DNA from: Octopus vulgaris
Lineage: Eukaryota
Length of the DNA: 64,000 nucleotides
Reading direction: 5' to 3'
Assembly (NCBI GenBank): GCA_951406725.2
Contig: OX597830.1
Span: forward strand, 57,536,001-57,600,000
Positions 1 through 12,149 of this stretch are shown piece by piece (the first letter of the stretch is position 1; each line of letters begins with the position of its first letter). Both the position numbers and the translations under genes were made by a program. The notes under the pieces were generated by a model. That model saw only the letters and a program-made list of their open reading frames with translations, was not told the origin of the DNA and searched no databases.

Positions 1-1187
1 AGATTTGAACTTAGAGCATAACTGTTTGCTTTACAGCTGTTCTTCATCTCTCAGGCTTTTAAAAGTTGCTGCTATACAGCAAGCATTTTATAATGAATTT
101 CCTCCACGGCACACACACACACACACACGCATACGCACGCGTACACACACACACACACACCACAACTACTGATGCTCATTGTTATATAATTTCCATGTGA
201 AACTAATGTAACTACTAAACTGTTTGTCACACTGTCCTTGCATTTGTTTGACTCTCGAAAAGTAACAGTTTTATGTTACAGATGCTAACATTAGCTCCAA
301 GAAAGACTCACTTCGCGTATTTTTGCATTCATTGCAGTTGTGGCATTTTCACTTTCCATGCCTTTTCCTTCTATTTTTGTCTCGCTCTTTCTCTCGCATT
401 TCTTCTGTAACTTATAAGGAAAGACACCAGTACACACACACGCATACACACAGACACACACACACACACACACACTCACATATAATGTTCACATCATAAG
501 AATTTTATAACCTTCGAGAGAAGTATGTAAGTATGTGTGGTTGTGTCTATGTATATATATATATGTGGGAGTGGGGGCAGATATATAGCGATTAAAAGAG
601 GAAGGAACCCCATGTAAAAACAACTGGAAGTTGCTGGAACCACGTGTGCCTTACCGGAAAGGAAGTACGCTGGGCAACCTTTACTTTGCCGAGAGGAAAA
701 CAATTCTAAAATAATTCACACGGTCCCGGCGTCTTTCTGAACTCAAAACGCGAAATTTTTAGTCGCTGCCCTTATGATAGAAAATTTGTTTTGACAATGT
801 AGTTTTCCCCCTTTTCAAACAAGAGGATGGAAAACATGTATGCAGTCACAGCTGACCCCCACTTCAGCCAAGACTAAACTCACAACATGGGAAACAACAT
901 TTTTTTCCTTCCGGGAAAATGTTTTATCCCACCTCCCCGCCAATTTAAGCCTTAGATCCAACTCAGGATTGGTTCTAGTGATGTAAGTATAGAGCTAAAA
1001 GAGAACACAAATGCGGTTTAAGATTTACTACAGCTGTTTCGGTAGAATTTTATTGATGCATTCATAGATTACGTCATAACATATAACCCACCAAGTTCAT
1101 GCAAAATTTTAAACAGGTATCAAACAGGTGAGATAATATACTAATTGTAGTATTATGGCTTTCTATTAGTATATCCACGTTTGTGTT

Positions 1188-1248
1188 AAGAAGTTTCCTT
1201 CCAAACCACATGGTTCCGAGTTCAGTCCCACTGCATGACACCTTGGGC
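1188..1248 (+). mobile_element. 5' fragment of a tRNA-derived SINE, truncated by a LINE insertion
   Basis: aagaagtttccttccaaaccacatggttccgagttcagtcccactgcatgacaccttgggc. The same head recurs near 25415 and 46325, and on the minus strand near 3990-4040. Confidence 0.6.
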
Positions 1249-1249
1249 G

Positions 1250-1500
1250 ATCAAAGCCTTGTGAAGTCTAGAAAGATCAAAGGGTGGCCCATCAGTTCTG
1301 CAACAAAGGTAGACATCGCCCGGCAACTCTTGAAATGCATACTGCAGTAATACAGCAAAGCAAATGCTGAAAAGGATTGGTACTGAGACACAACCTTGTT
1401 TTACTCCGCTGTTGATGTTGAAGCTATCTGATATTAAACTGTCAAACTGAATGGTGGCCTTCATGTCATCATGGAACGAAACAATGAGCTGCAGTAGTAT
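1250..1500 (-). mobile_element. RTE-clade LINE reverse transcriptase fragment (inverted 5' piece)
   Basis: Translates to SFHDDMKATIQFD...SGVKQGCVSVPILFSI...RTDGPPFDLSRL, containing the non-LTR RT GVKQGC motif. Confidence 0.85.
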
Positions 1501-2045
1501 TGAGCGCGACAAGGTCACCAATGTTGAAGTGCTGGCGCAGGCGAATCTTCAAAGCATGACAACTATCTTGTGTATGAGAAGACTGAGGTGGGTGTCAGGA
1601 GAATGAATGACCATTGAATCCCGAAGCAACTGCTCTATGGAGAACTGGCCCAGGGCAAGAGACCACGAGGAAGACCAAAACTGAGGTATATGGACACTTG
1701 CAAAACTAGTTTGTCCAAGTGTGAGGTGGATGTCAGCAGCTGGGAGGAGAGAGCTGAGGAGAGAACAACATGGAGAACTGTGGTGAAGGAAGGAACTGCT
1801 TTGCTGGAGAGCAGCTACAGAAACAAACAAGTTGAGAAGCGTCAGCGGCGAAAGGAAAACAAGAGAAATGCAGAGCGCCGAGCGATCGTCTTGGTATGCA
1901 AGTACTGTGACAGAAGGTGCGGCGCTTCAATCATAAGAAGAATCTACGATGAAAGAAGCTGCAAGAAAGGGAGCCCTTGATATGTTCGATTAAGTGACCT
2001 CTAAGCTAAATTGACCGTCTGCATAGACGAAAAGGGCCAATTATT
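1501..2045 (+). mobile_element. RTE-clade LINE 3' end (C-terminal ORF piece, degenerate)
   Basis: Translates to RDKVTNVEVLAQA...RRLRW...IPKQLLYGELAQGKRPRGRPKLRYMDTCK...CKYCDRRC, a typical RTE C-terminus. Confidence 0.85.
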
Positions 2046-2495
2046 ATATATATTGGATCTTGCAGGCATGATGTAGATTCGATCCTAGATAGCCAAATTT
2101 AAATTAACACTTCAACAGCACTTTTCTCACGGTAAAACAATAGTTTTTCCGTGACAGCAGTTTACATTTGCCAGATGCCTTAGCTAAGCAAAATAATGTC
2201 TTTGCCACTTGACCCTTCTAACCTCTTCTATTTCACCAAATACCACCAACGAAATCCATTGCTCTCAACGATGTGTTTATTCTTCTGGATAGTTATAAAA
2301 GCAAGAACCCCCAAGCAAAAGTCAGTTGGTGACAACTCGAGTTAGTGACAACCCGACTTAGAGAGAGCGACCATCAGTTAGTGAACGACCAACTGGTCAT
2401 GGCCACAATTAGGCAGCTACTAAAGACAAATGGTCAGAGGGAGAGAGAAGTTTACCAATTAATTTCAACCGTGACAAAAATAAACTTCTACCGTT

Positions 2496-2595
<100 letters not shown>

Positions 2596-2967
2596 GTATG
2601 TATAGGCAAAACTAGAAAGAGAAAAGGAGAGGAAAAAAAGAAAATCAGAATAAGAGGAGATCGACAATTATCTGAACATTTTCCCGATTCTTGTAGATGT
2701 AGATTGTTTGATCATTTGGTCAGGGATCATGACCAAGTGCTGCATTGGTCAGGCAGTGGTGTAGCTGGCTAAAATTCAGTCCGACCACTGAAACCATTTA
2801 AAGAATAACAGAATAAAGAATCGAGGGTGAAAAGGAAAAAAAAAAAAAACCCTGACCCACGACGAGAATTGAACTGTGAATGTAAACATTTGCTTTAGAA
2901 TTATTGCATGACTTCAAACAGGTGTCGGATCTTCGGTTGGGACTTTTGGCAAATTTCCTAAGACAGG

Positions 2968-3000
<33 letters not shown>

Positions 3001-3679
3001 TTCTATCACTCACAAGTCGAACTAATGCTAACTGCCAGTTACACTCTTCTTATCTTCTGTGTGTCTGACACAAAAAACCAAAGTACAGACAGCATTATGT
3101 TACAGATGCTAACATTAGCTCGAAGCAAGATTTCATGTATTTAACATTTTTTGCCGCTGTCACTTCTCATCTCCCACTTACCTTTTCCGGTTCTCTCTCT
3201 CCCCCCTCTCTCTCTCCCCCCTCTCTCTCTCTCTCCGCCTCTCTCTCTCTCCCTTCTTTCGCTTCGACTGTAACCTGAAAAGAAATATTTGTAACATTAA
3301 CTAAGAATGTGTCTATATATACATGTGTATGTATATATATGTATATATAGATATAGATATATTTACACGCACACACTGAGCTTCATAGAAATAGCCAAGA
3401 GTGTGCGCGTCCGCGTTTTCTATGGTACGTTCATGCGCGTGCACACACACGTGTATACACCCATATTAGGCAAACGAGATCTGTAGCTGTTGAACACGAG
3501 GCCGTTTCTGACGATCACCTTACTAAGTGCGCGTGTACTCTTCAGGTCTCCGTCAAATATTTTTAGTGACGCGTGTTTCACGCTTTTATATTGAGGTGGA
3601 TTGCGTAGAATCGGGGCGAGCAGAAGATTCCAGAACATCTCTTCATCTTTTTTTTTGGTTTCACTCCACAGGACGCCGA

Positions 3680-3844
3680 CCATACTGGGGCACAGCCTTG
3701 AAGGATCAAATCGCTCCCCAGCATTTCCTTTTTAATGTCTGACACTTATTCTATCGGTCTTTTACCGAACCGTTAAGTTACGGGGACGTAGACAAACTAA
3801 CACCGGTTGTCAAACAGCAGGGAGGGAGGAACGCAAATACACAC

Positions 3845-3884
<40 letters not shown>

Positions 3885-4045
3885 AGGTATATAAGACGGT
3901 CTTCCACTCAGTTTCCATTTACCAAATTCACTTAGAAGGCATTGGCCGTCCCAGGACTAACAGCAGAAGATACTGGCCAGAGGTACCATGCAGTTGGTCT
4001 GAACCTGAAGCCACATCGTCCCAAAGCAAGCTTCTTAACTTCACA
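3680..4045 (-). mobile_element. tRNA-derived SINE with an internal (AT)n tract
   Basis: The reverse complement matches the SINE head at 1188 and the SINE tail at 21920-22120 (gtaacttag..., ataagt..., ccagcatggcc). Confidence 0.6.
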
Positions 4046-4248
4046 GACGTGTGTGTGTGTGTGTGTGTGTGTTCGCGTTTAATTTATAATAATTACAACA
4101 TCAATATTCTATGTCCCATAACTTAACAGACTGGCAAATACTAATTGATAAAATGTGGACGAGTCTAAAGTCAGAACTGAGTTTTTTATGCTTGAATGAA
4201 ACCAATAAAACAATAATAAAAATTAAATAGATCTTCCAGTAATAACGT

Positions 4249-4283
<35 letters not shown>

Positions 4284-4455
4284 CACATGCATACATACTT
4301 ATATATGTATATATGAATGTATGTGCATACACATACACACTCACACACACACACACACATATATATATATGTTGTGTAGCTAAAACTGTGGCCATCCATA
4401 CACATAGACATGTCCTTTACAGCCCATGCTGGAGTCATATAAAGAGCACTTGTGC

Positions 4456-4591
4456 CAGTACCATGTAAAAAGCACCTGTAAAATGGTTGGAATTAAGAAG
4501 GGCATCCAGCTATAGAAACTTTGCCAAAACACACATTTTGAGCCTGGTGCAGCTCTCCAGCCTCGCCAGCTCCTGTCAAACCGTCGATGAT
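4456..4591 (+). mobile_element. RTE 3'-terminal fragment or tail-sharing SINE
   Basis: taaaaagcacc...aagaagggcatccagct...gatgatg is homologous to the reverse complement of 59833-60020. Confidence 0.7.
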
Positions 4592-4678
4592 GCATGCTGT
4601 TCATATTATTTTTGCTTTGTTGAATAAGTGTTTAAATATTCTAATCTTTTCTTTTATTCTTCTTCTCTACCAATGTAG

Positions 4679-4817
4679 AACCAATTTACCCAAGGAGGTG
4701 ATGGCATTTCCTGACTTCCACTTCTCACAGAATCTGCCCTCTTTTATCACTCACACCAATGTCAAAGATTATCTCATAGATTATGCAAACAATTTTGGCC
4801 TCTATGCTCACAGCAAG
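4679..4817 (+). CDS. FMO: Flavin-containing monooxygenase, internal coding exon (139 nt)
   Basis: Acceptor tgtag|, peptide (R)TNLPKEVMAFPDFHFSQNLPSFITHTNVKDYLIDYANNFGLYAHSK, donor |gtaact. Confidence 0.93.
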
Positions 4818-4890
4818 GTAACTTTTATTTTCTCTTTCTATGAAAATACAAATATCTCCCTCTCTCCCCCCTCCCCCTTTCTGTCATTGT

Positions 4891-5123
4891 TTAATCTTTT
4901 TGATACCAACTCACCTGATACCATCCATGGTTCTTTAATACAAATTTCTAGCTTTTAAAGTTGATCTGAATTAAAGCCTTTCATTATAATTTCATTTTCA
5001 TTTATATTCCAAACACCAGCTTAATTATAATAAAGTTATTTTACGAAATTCTTTACCATTTCCAAAATTAATTGAAACCAAATCCAATACTCTCCAACAG
5101 AAATATTGTAACAAAACGGTTAA
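4891..5123. mobile_element. TTAA-flanked MITE (piggyBac-like), family A
   Basis: ttaatctttttgatacc...gtaacaaaacggttaa. Homologous to 13937-14164 and 58898-59107 in the opposite orientation. Confidence 0.6.
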
Positions 5124-5165
5124 CTCAAAATTCTTTGATAGATTATTAAATACTTTTTTTTTGTT

Positions 5166-5230
<65 letters not shown>

Positions 5231-5440
5231 GAAGGCAGCAAGCTGGCTGAATCATTAGCATGCCAGACAAAATGCTTACCAGCATTTCATCTGCCCTCAC
5301 ATTCTGAGTTCAAGTACCACCAGGGTTGACTTTGCTTTTCATCCTTTCGGGGTCAGTTAAGTAAGTACCAGTTGAGTACTGGGGTCGATATAATCAACCA
5401 TTCAAAATTTTGGGCCTTGCACCTATAGTACAAAGGATTA
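5231..5440 (+). mobile_element. SINE with a Nin-domain-like core
   Basis: Contains gactttgcttttcatcctttcggggtc...taagtaccag and is flanked by (TTA)n. A tandem second copy follows. Confidence 0.7.
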
Positions 5441-5449
5441 TCATTATTA

Positions 5450-5496
<47 letters not shown>

Positions 5497-5497
5497 T

Positions 5498-5710
5498 AAG
5501 GTGGCCATCTATTAGAATCGTTTGCATGCCAGGCAAAAAGCTTAACGGAATTTTGTCTGTCTTCACACTTTCAATTCAAATTCTGCCAAGGTTTACTTAG
5601 CCTTTCATCTTTTCAGGGTTGATAAAATAAGTACCAGTTATGTACTGGGGTCTATGTAATCAACTTACTCCTTCCCAAGAAATTGCTGGCCTTGTGCCAA
5701 AATTTGAAAT
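5498..5710 (+). mobile_element. SINE with a Nin-domain-like core (second tandem copy)
   Basis: gcctttcatcttttcagggttgataaaataagtaccag; aligns with 5231-5440. Confidence 0.7.
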
Positions 5711-6179
5711 CTTTTTTTAGTGTTATATTTACTGTTTAAAAAACAGAATTTCTATGTTTGTGCAGCCATAATGGCCATTATGTTATCAAAGTGAGTCTGG
5801 TTCCCAAGAAAAATCTCTTTGGCATTACCATGCGAGAATTTCTCTGAATTATCATTGCTCTTCTTTTTCATTGGTTGATCTGGAGTAAACAGTCAACTCA
5901 CAGATGGAGAGATAAGATAAATTTGAGTCAATTTAATACAGCTAATGTTCAATTTGAACTGTTTGATACAATTTATTGATATTCAGAGCTTTCTCAAGAG
6001 TATTAACTCTGCAAGTGAAGTCAATGTACTCCAAGCAGGGCTTGAACCTACTTCATAGACTCAGTTAATGAGTTTAACTGAGATTTATTTAAAGTTACTG
6101 TGGTGATGGCAGTGGTGCTGGAGTTGGTGTTGATAGCAGAAGCAGCAGTGGTGGTGGTAGTGATGGCAGCACATGATCA

Positions 6180-6400
6180 AGCTGTGAGGAGAAACCATTT
6201 CAGGAACAGCGAGAGAAGTGATGAGGAATCAGGATGTCTGTGGATCAGGGGTTGTTGGAGAGTATTGATGAGTGACATCAAAGGATTCCAATCAGTTGAG
6301 TAGCCTTTCTTTGAGTGCCATCTAAGTGGTCATTATTTGTAGCTGTGCCATTCTAGATGTGGGGGAACTGCATTCAAGAAGCATTGCAGAGGGTTACTAA
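6180..6400 (-). mobile_element. Highly degenerate CR1/Jockey-like LINE remnant
   Basis: The minus strand gives ATQLIG...QPLIHR...LSLF across frameshifts, resembling a LINE post-RT region. Confidence 0.3.
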
Positions 6401-7431
6401 CTGCTGGGGACGATATTATTTTTTGGCCCTTAAAGAAAAGAGATCCTTTGTGATGTAGTCTTAGAGTTATTCCATCAGTGCTGACTTGGGGCAAAACAAC
6501 AACATCACTCCTATTTACTATTCATACCACCACTATCATTGCTGCTGCTGCTACTACTACTACTACAAGCATGTGAATGCCTCGTAAGACTTGATGATTT
6601 CTTCATACAAGTTTTTTTACTGAAGCTGGTTGTTGGTTTGTCTTTGTTTTTTTCTTTACAGTTTTACATTGTTTAAATTTTTGATTTTTATGTAAGTATT
6701 TTTTTTATTTATGTTGTTATTTCATAATTTATTGGCTGTAAAAAAATAATATTTCCAGCCCATGCCACAGGGTTCCCTCGTTCAAACGATCTGATGGCTT
6801 CTCTCATAGGTGTTTGGCTCAAGTGACCCAATCTGTTTTTCATGCCACTCAAATTCTATCTATTTTCTTTTAATTGCTGTTTCTGTTTATGATATTCATG
6901 TAATTACTTTAGTGTAATTTTAATTTTTTGAAAGTCTTTAGAAATGATATGCCTCTGACCCTTGTTTTTGTTTTGTTACTTTGGCTTTTTACTTGCCTAC
7001 AACCTAAGCAGCAAAACCCCTTTTACTTTCCCACTCTGATGAACTTCAAGACCCAACCCATGCAGCAGGAATCAGCAACTTCATTTTGTAAAAAATTAAT
7101 TTTGATATTTTTAAAAACTTTTTTTTACATTTTCCCATTATTTACTTCTATATAACATCATTTTTAAAATAGAATTATCCCTGCATATCTCCCATCCCTA
7201 TTTCCATCACTCGTAACAATTATCTTATCCATATCATAGCTATTATTATTATGTACGACGCATTGACTGCTGCCCCTGAATAACCCTACATTGATATCTT
7301 TTATTTCATTGTTAAGGATACGTAGGATGTGGAGGCCACCCAGATAGCTGCCTCTGCTACAGTTGCTTCCTCAACATAGGATCAATGATCTTCAATTACA
7401 ATAAGAGTAATAACATTAGGAACACCCTCAC

Positions 7432-7668
7432 AGATCTTGTAATTGTAGGTCCACCAACAACTGTCCTCTGAACAAAATCATTTTTGGAAAAGAACTAGTG
7501 TATAAGGCTAACATCGCTAAATTATACAAGACCATGAAAACATGCATTGGAATGAATGGAAATGCCTTCAAGAAAAGACACAGGCAACACTTGGCAGCAT
7601 TTAGAGATTAGTACAAAAGGAATGCAACATCTTTATCAAATATGACATGGAACCTTGAAGATAGATAG
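7432..7668 (+). mobile_element. Penelope-like element remnant (Cys-rich linker plus GIY-YIG endonuclease)
   Basis: One frame gives RSCNCRSTNNCPLNKIIFGKELVYKANIAKLYKTMKTCIGMNGNAFKKRHRQHLAAFRD*YKRNATSLSNMTWNLEDR. This fits the PLE pattern CNCR-x-CPL...VYKA...YIG...FKxR..H...T.LS..W.L. Confidence 0.8.
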
Positions 7669-8539
7669 GAGCATGGACAAATCTCCTCCATTTGAACTAA
7701 GGCATCATAGCCAAGGCTAGCAAATACTTTTGGCATCATTTAAGATTTGATATGCTCACTACTAAATTTTGGTTCCAATGTCTATGAATTTCTAGAAAGT
7801 TTCCTGATCTATTTCTCTCAACTAACATACCTTATACAAGATGAGCAACTGAGAAGTAATACACAGATTATTATTACAAGGAATAATTGAGTAACCAAGC
7901 CAAGGAATGATATAGCTATAATTTATTTTTTATTTACTTATTTTTTGTATATGGCATCCAACAAGCCAACCACTGGTTCTTTGCATTTCTGAGAGTGAGA
8001 ATTGAGAAGGGAGTATCTCTAAGTCAATGCAGAACAAATATATGAAGTGACTTACTTTGTAAAGTGTTAGCTTTTTGGTTTCCTGCTAATTTTTGTATAC
8101 TTTCTAATATGTACTGGCAAAAGATATGCTTATACATTTTATACATGCATGTATATACACACACACACACACGCATGTATGCATAGATGCACACACAAAC
8201 ACACACATGCACTCATGCATGGATGCAGACAACACACACACACACACTCTCCCACATGCACACACTCACACACACACTCCCCCCACACGCCACATGCACA
8301 TTCAAAGTTATTGATCAACTTGGGACTATGGTAAGATTGAACTAAGAACCACACAGTTTACAAAGTAAATGTCTTCAGTATATAACCTGGCCTGCACACA
8401 CAGTAATTCAAATGGGGAAAAGATGGATGTATGAGATTTGCTTGAATAGAAGTTGAGCTCTGAGAAGCATGAAGTCAGGCATGAGATGCTTTACAATCAG
8501 AGACTGAAGACATTTGTTATTGAACTGACAGACAAGGAA

Positions 8540-8699
8540 GTACCAGTACATGCAGTAAAGTGGTTAGCATTAGGAAGGGCATTGAATTACAGAAATCACA
8601 CCAATGCAAGCACTGGAGTTCAGTGCCACCCTGCAGCTTGCTGGATTCTGTCAAACCCACATCAGCATTGAAAATGGATCTTAAATGATGATGATGATG
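8540..8699 (+). mobile_element. RTE 3'-terminal fragment with (GAT)n tail
   Basis: gtggttagcattaggaagggcat...cagcattgaaaatggatcttaaatgatgatgatgatg. Confidence 0.7.
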
Positions 8700-9117
8700 T
8701 GTGTGTGTGTCTGGAATGTATCCTTGCAATTTCAAAGACACTCTGACTTGTACCAGAGCCCATTCACACTGAAAAACAATGATTAATGGAAATACTTGGT
8801 AGATTCGTTACAGAGTTCTGCATTGTTTTTTGAGGATATTCTATGAGGCAGGAATGTGGGAAATGTTTTTACATGTAATATATGGTCATGGGAACTTCCT
8901 TGCTTTAGCATGTCTCACACTGGAGATATTTGAGTGAAAGGGGAGAGAAAGATCACAGGCAAAACAGATTAAAATGAAACAATAACATAAAACGAACATT
9001 TATTAGAAATCATTGCTTCTTTTTGTTTATATTTTTTCATTAATTATTTAATGGTTTACTTATGTATTGTGTGTCCATTGAAATGTTGAACTGGTTTATG
9101 ATTCATAAATATTGCAG

Positions 9118-9257
9118 TTAAAGACGCAAATTGAAAGAGTTGAAATGATTACAACAAACACTGGCTCTATAAAATGGTGCGTCACGTACAAAGACGTCGA
9201 AGACTCGTCTGCACCCTCCACATCTGAAACCTATGACTCTGTCGTAGTTTGCAATGG
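9118..9257 (+). CDS. FMO: Flavin-containing monooxygenase, internal coding exon (140 nt)
   Basis: Acceptor ttgcag|, peptide LKTQIERVEMITTNTGSIKWCVTYKDVEDSSAPSTSETYDSVVVCN(G), donor |gtaatt. The phases fit both neighbours. Missed by the ORF track. Confidence 0.92.
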
Positions 9258-9899
9258 GTAATTCACTGAACAAAAAGAAAAATAATCTTGTTTTTCTTTA
9301 TTCATAAATTTATTTTTAATATATAAAACTAAAAAAGTATTTTTCTTAAAACATTTTCCCTCAAATATTTTTTTCTTCATTTTTAAATCTTTTCTAAATC
9401 ATTTTAATTAAAGTAAAAAGAAAATTATTTAGGCGATTTTATAAACTAAAACAATTCTAAAAAAAAAAGAAAACATTTTTCAACAGCTTTGACTAATTTA
9501 TAGGCTTCTCTCATTTTTATTATTTCATATTCCTTAAATTTATTTTGCCAAGGAACCTTCACATGATTTCCCAAAAGTTGTGGAACTATACTGTTATTTT
9601 GCAGAGACCCTCAACAAAACTTGTTTTGAAGAATTTTATCATTAAGAAATGACATGTAACTTATTTTGAAAATGGCAAATGACATTTTTTATAAAATAGT
9701 AGTTTATCAAGTTTTATTAGAATCCTTTAATTTGGGGAATCGTAGAATTTTTTGCAAAATCCTAGGATTCCTCAGATCCCATTTTGGGAAATACTGGGTT
9801 AAGCAGTAGTTCCTAACTATTTTATAAAGGGTCCAGTGAATAAACTAAATTACACAAAAATGAAAATAACACTGACATCTCATTTTAACAGATATATTT

Positions 9900-10672
9900 A
9901 CCAAAATTATATAAAAATATCTTGAAATACTAAAGAGTAAATTTATTCAATAAAATTACTATTGGCTTCAGCCACAGCTTTTGGAATCTCCTGCAACTCT
10001 TCTGGACGGTCTCCTTGTTTAAGTTGGTGAATGCTGCCATAATCCTTGCCTTCACTTCATCTTTGGTGTTATAAAGAGTTTTGTTGGTCTCTCACTCAAC
10101 TGCACCCCACACGTAATAATCAAGGGGGTTGCAGTCTGGGGAGTTAGGAGGCCAGATGTTAGGGGTGATGTGATTGCAGAAATTGTTTGACAGCCATGAC
10201 TGGGTTCTCCTGCTTGTGTGACATGGTGCAGAGTCCTGTTCCAGCAGCCACCCTCTTGACCCAGGGCAGTACTACCTTCTCCAGGTACTTGATTTAGGAT
10301 TCCATGTTGACATGTTGAGTCTGAGGCCATGTGGGAAGATGAATGGAGGCATAACGTTGCCATCACTAGTGATCACCCCAAACACCATGATGTTGACGGG
10401 ATGTTTGAGTTTTATCACTCTCGGTACATGTCCTCAGATTGGCACCGAAACACTCTGAAATGTTTGTATTGGAACCACTGTCATGAATGCTAAGCAGCAC
10501 AGATGTCATTTCTAAATTTCTGGCAGAGTGAATTGCTTGATGGTGCTGTTTTTCTCACAGATGGTGCCCAACTGACCCTACTATACTATGTAGTCAACAA
10601 CTCACAAACAAACAATGCACATGCATGAAATTAAAAATATAAAATGGCAACAATTTACCCATTGTACCCTGT
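9900..10672 (-). mobile_element. Tc1/mariner superfamily DD37D (maT-like) remnant with internal deletions
   Basis: Translates to QDSAPCHTSRRTQSWLSNNFCNHITPNIWPPNSPDCNPLDYYVWGAVE*, with 37 residues between the two Asp. The 5' end reads TA-CAGGGT... at about 10672. Confidence 0.8.
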
Positions 10673-11923
10673 ATATTATATATATGAATAAGCTATAAGC
10701 TCGTAAAATATACTGAAGAAGAAAGGGGTAGGATTATGAACTTAAAACAATGTAGAATTATTATTCTATCATTCTGCGTCAACTTTGCCCTTCATTTTTC
10801 AACATTAGGATTGATATAATAAACACTAATGAAATACTGAATTGGTTTCACCAACTTCTCTTCATCATTCTTGATATTTCATGTCTTGTGCTCCAGTTTG
10901 TAATCATTGGAGGTTTTTCTCATGTATGGAGATAGGCTTGACCCCTGCTTGAGGTTAGTTTCACTTCTCTTCTACCTATAATGTCTTAGAGAAGAGATAA
11001 ACATTACATCATCACATTTAGCCTCCAAAAATAGAGAATCTTTATAGACAAAAAAACAAACAAACAGCAACTAAACAAATTGACATTGTTGCTAATTAAT
11101 TGGCCATCATCCTTACTTTAACAGATTTATGATTAAAAGTATTTCAGACAAGATCATACTATTGTCTTTTTGTGGGCTATTTTCTTTCAAGACTTATTGT
11201 ATGTAGAATTATGCTTCAGTGAATAGGCACTAAAATAACATCTGACTTTTCATAACAGTGGTTGCAATGCAATGACAGACAACATTCAGAAGGCTTAATG
11301 GAACATCATAAGTTATTATAAGAAGAAATGATGATAGCATTAAATCAAGGTTTACTTGACAGCATTCAGAAGTATAGCAGAAAAGTTTGAGCTACTTGTT
11401 ATAGGGTCACAAATCCAGAAGACTGTGTAGGCAGCATGAATAACATGTAACACTTACTGTATATTGTAAAATGTCCACATGGGGGGGAGTTGAGCTCTGA
11501 CAGTGACATGACAAATTACGGCTGACTTTCTTAGGGGCTTGGCTGAGACTGATTAAAATTTTCCTGCGACTTAATGACAGGCGGCAGCGTGTATCTATGT
11601 GTGAGCTATAATGGCTGGCTATATCAACTAAATCATGCATTGATGGATAACAGTTCCACCAAAATACTATCCAGTGTGTCCTTGTAAGTTCATTTAAATG
11701 ATGGAGTGTGATTTGAGGCACATTCAGCTGTAGTTTTCAGCTAGGCAATCATTCACATAGAATCTTCCTTGCTGCCATTTAATGTAAAAGGAAAAAGTGA
11801 AACACTTCAAACAAACAGATTCTAAATTGCTTTAGAATAACCATTTATGATTCATAGAACTTAGAAATCCTTTCAGCACAAACAAAGCAGCAATTATTTG
11901 TATCTATTTTATTCCTCATCACA

Positions 11924-12149
11924 TTAACTCTTTAGCATCCAGGTTACTCTGTCAAATGTGTTTCTTCTTTATTCACATTGTTTTGAATTAATCCTGAATT
12001 ATCTTGTACCTTCAAGATATCAAGATGTGATTGTTCATTTTTAGAATGACATTGTTGGGTAGGTGTGAAAGATTGAACCTGGCTAGTTTGAACATAAACA
12101 GGTAGAATATTTGGGCCGGATATGGACGGTTTAAATACTAAGAGGTTAA
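11924..12149. mobile_element. TTAA-flanked MITE (piggyBac-like), family B
   Basis: ttaactctttagcat...atactaagaggttaa. Homologous to 30669-30867 and 51071-51293. Confidence 0.65.

Noticed and set aside
2752-2772. GSGVAG as the FMO FAD-binding motif
   Set aside because: It is followed immediately by TAA, with no hydrophobic beta-strand before it and no GGxW after it.
3420-3683. 87-aa minus-strand ORF
   Set aside because: No recognisable motif or splice context, and it abuts a SINE.
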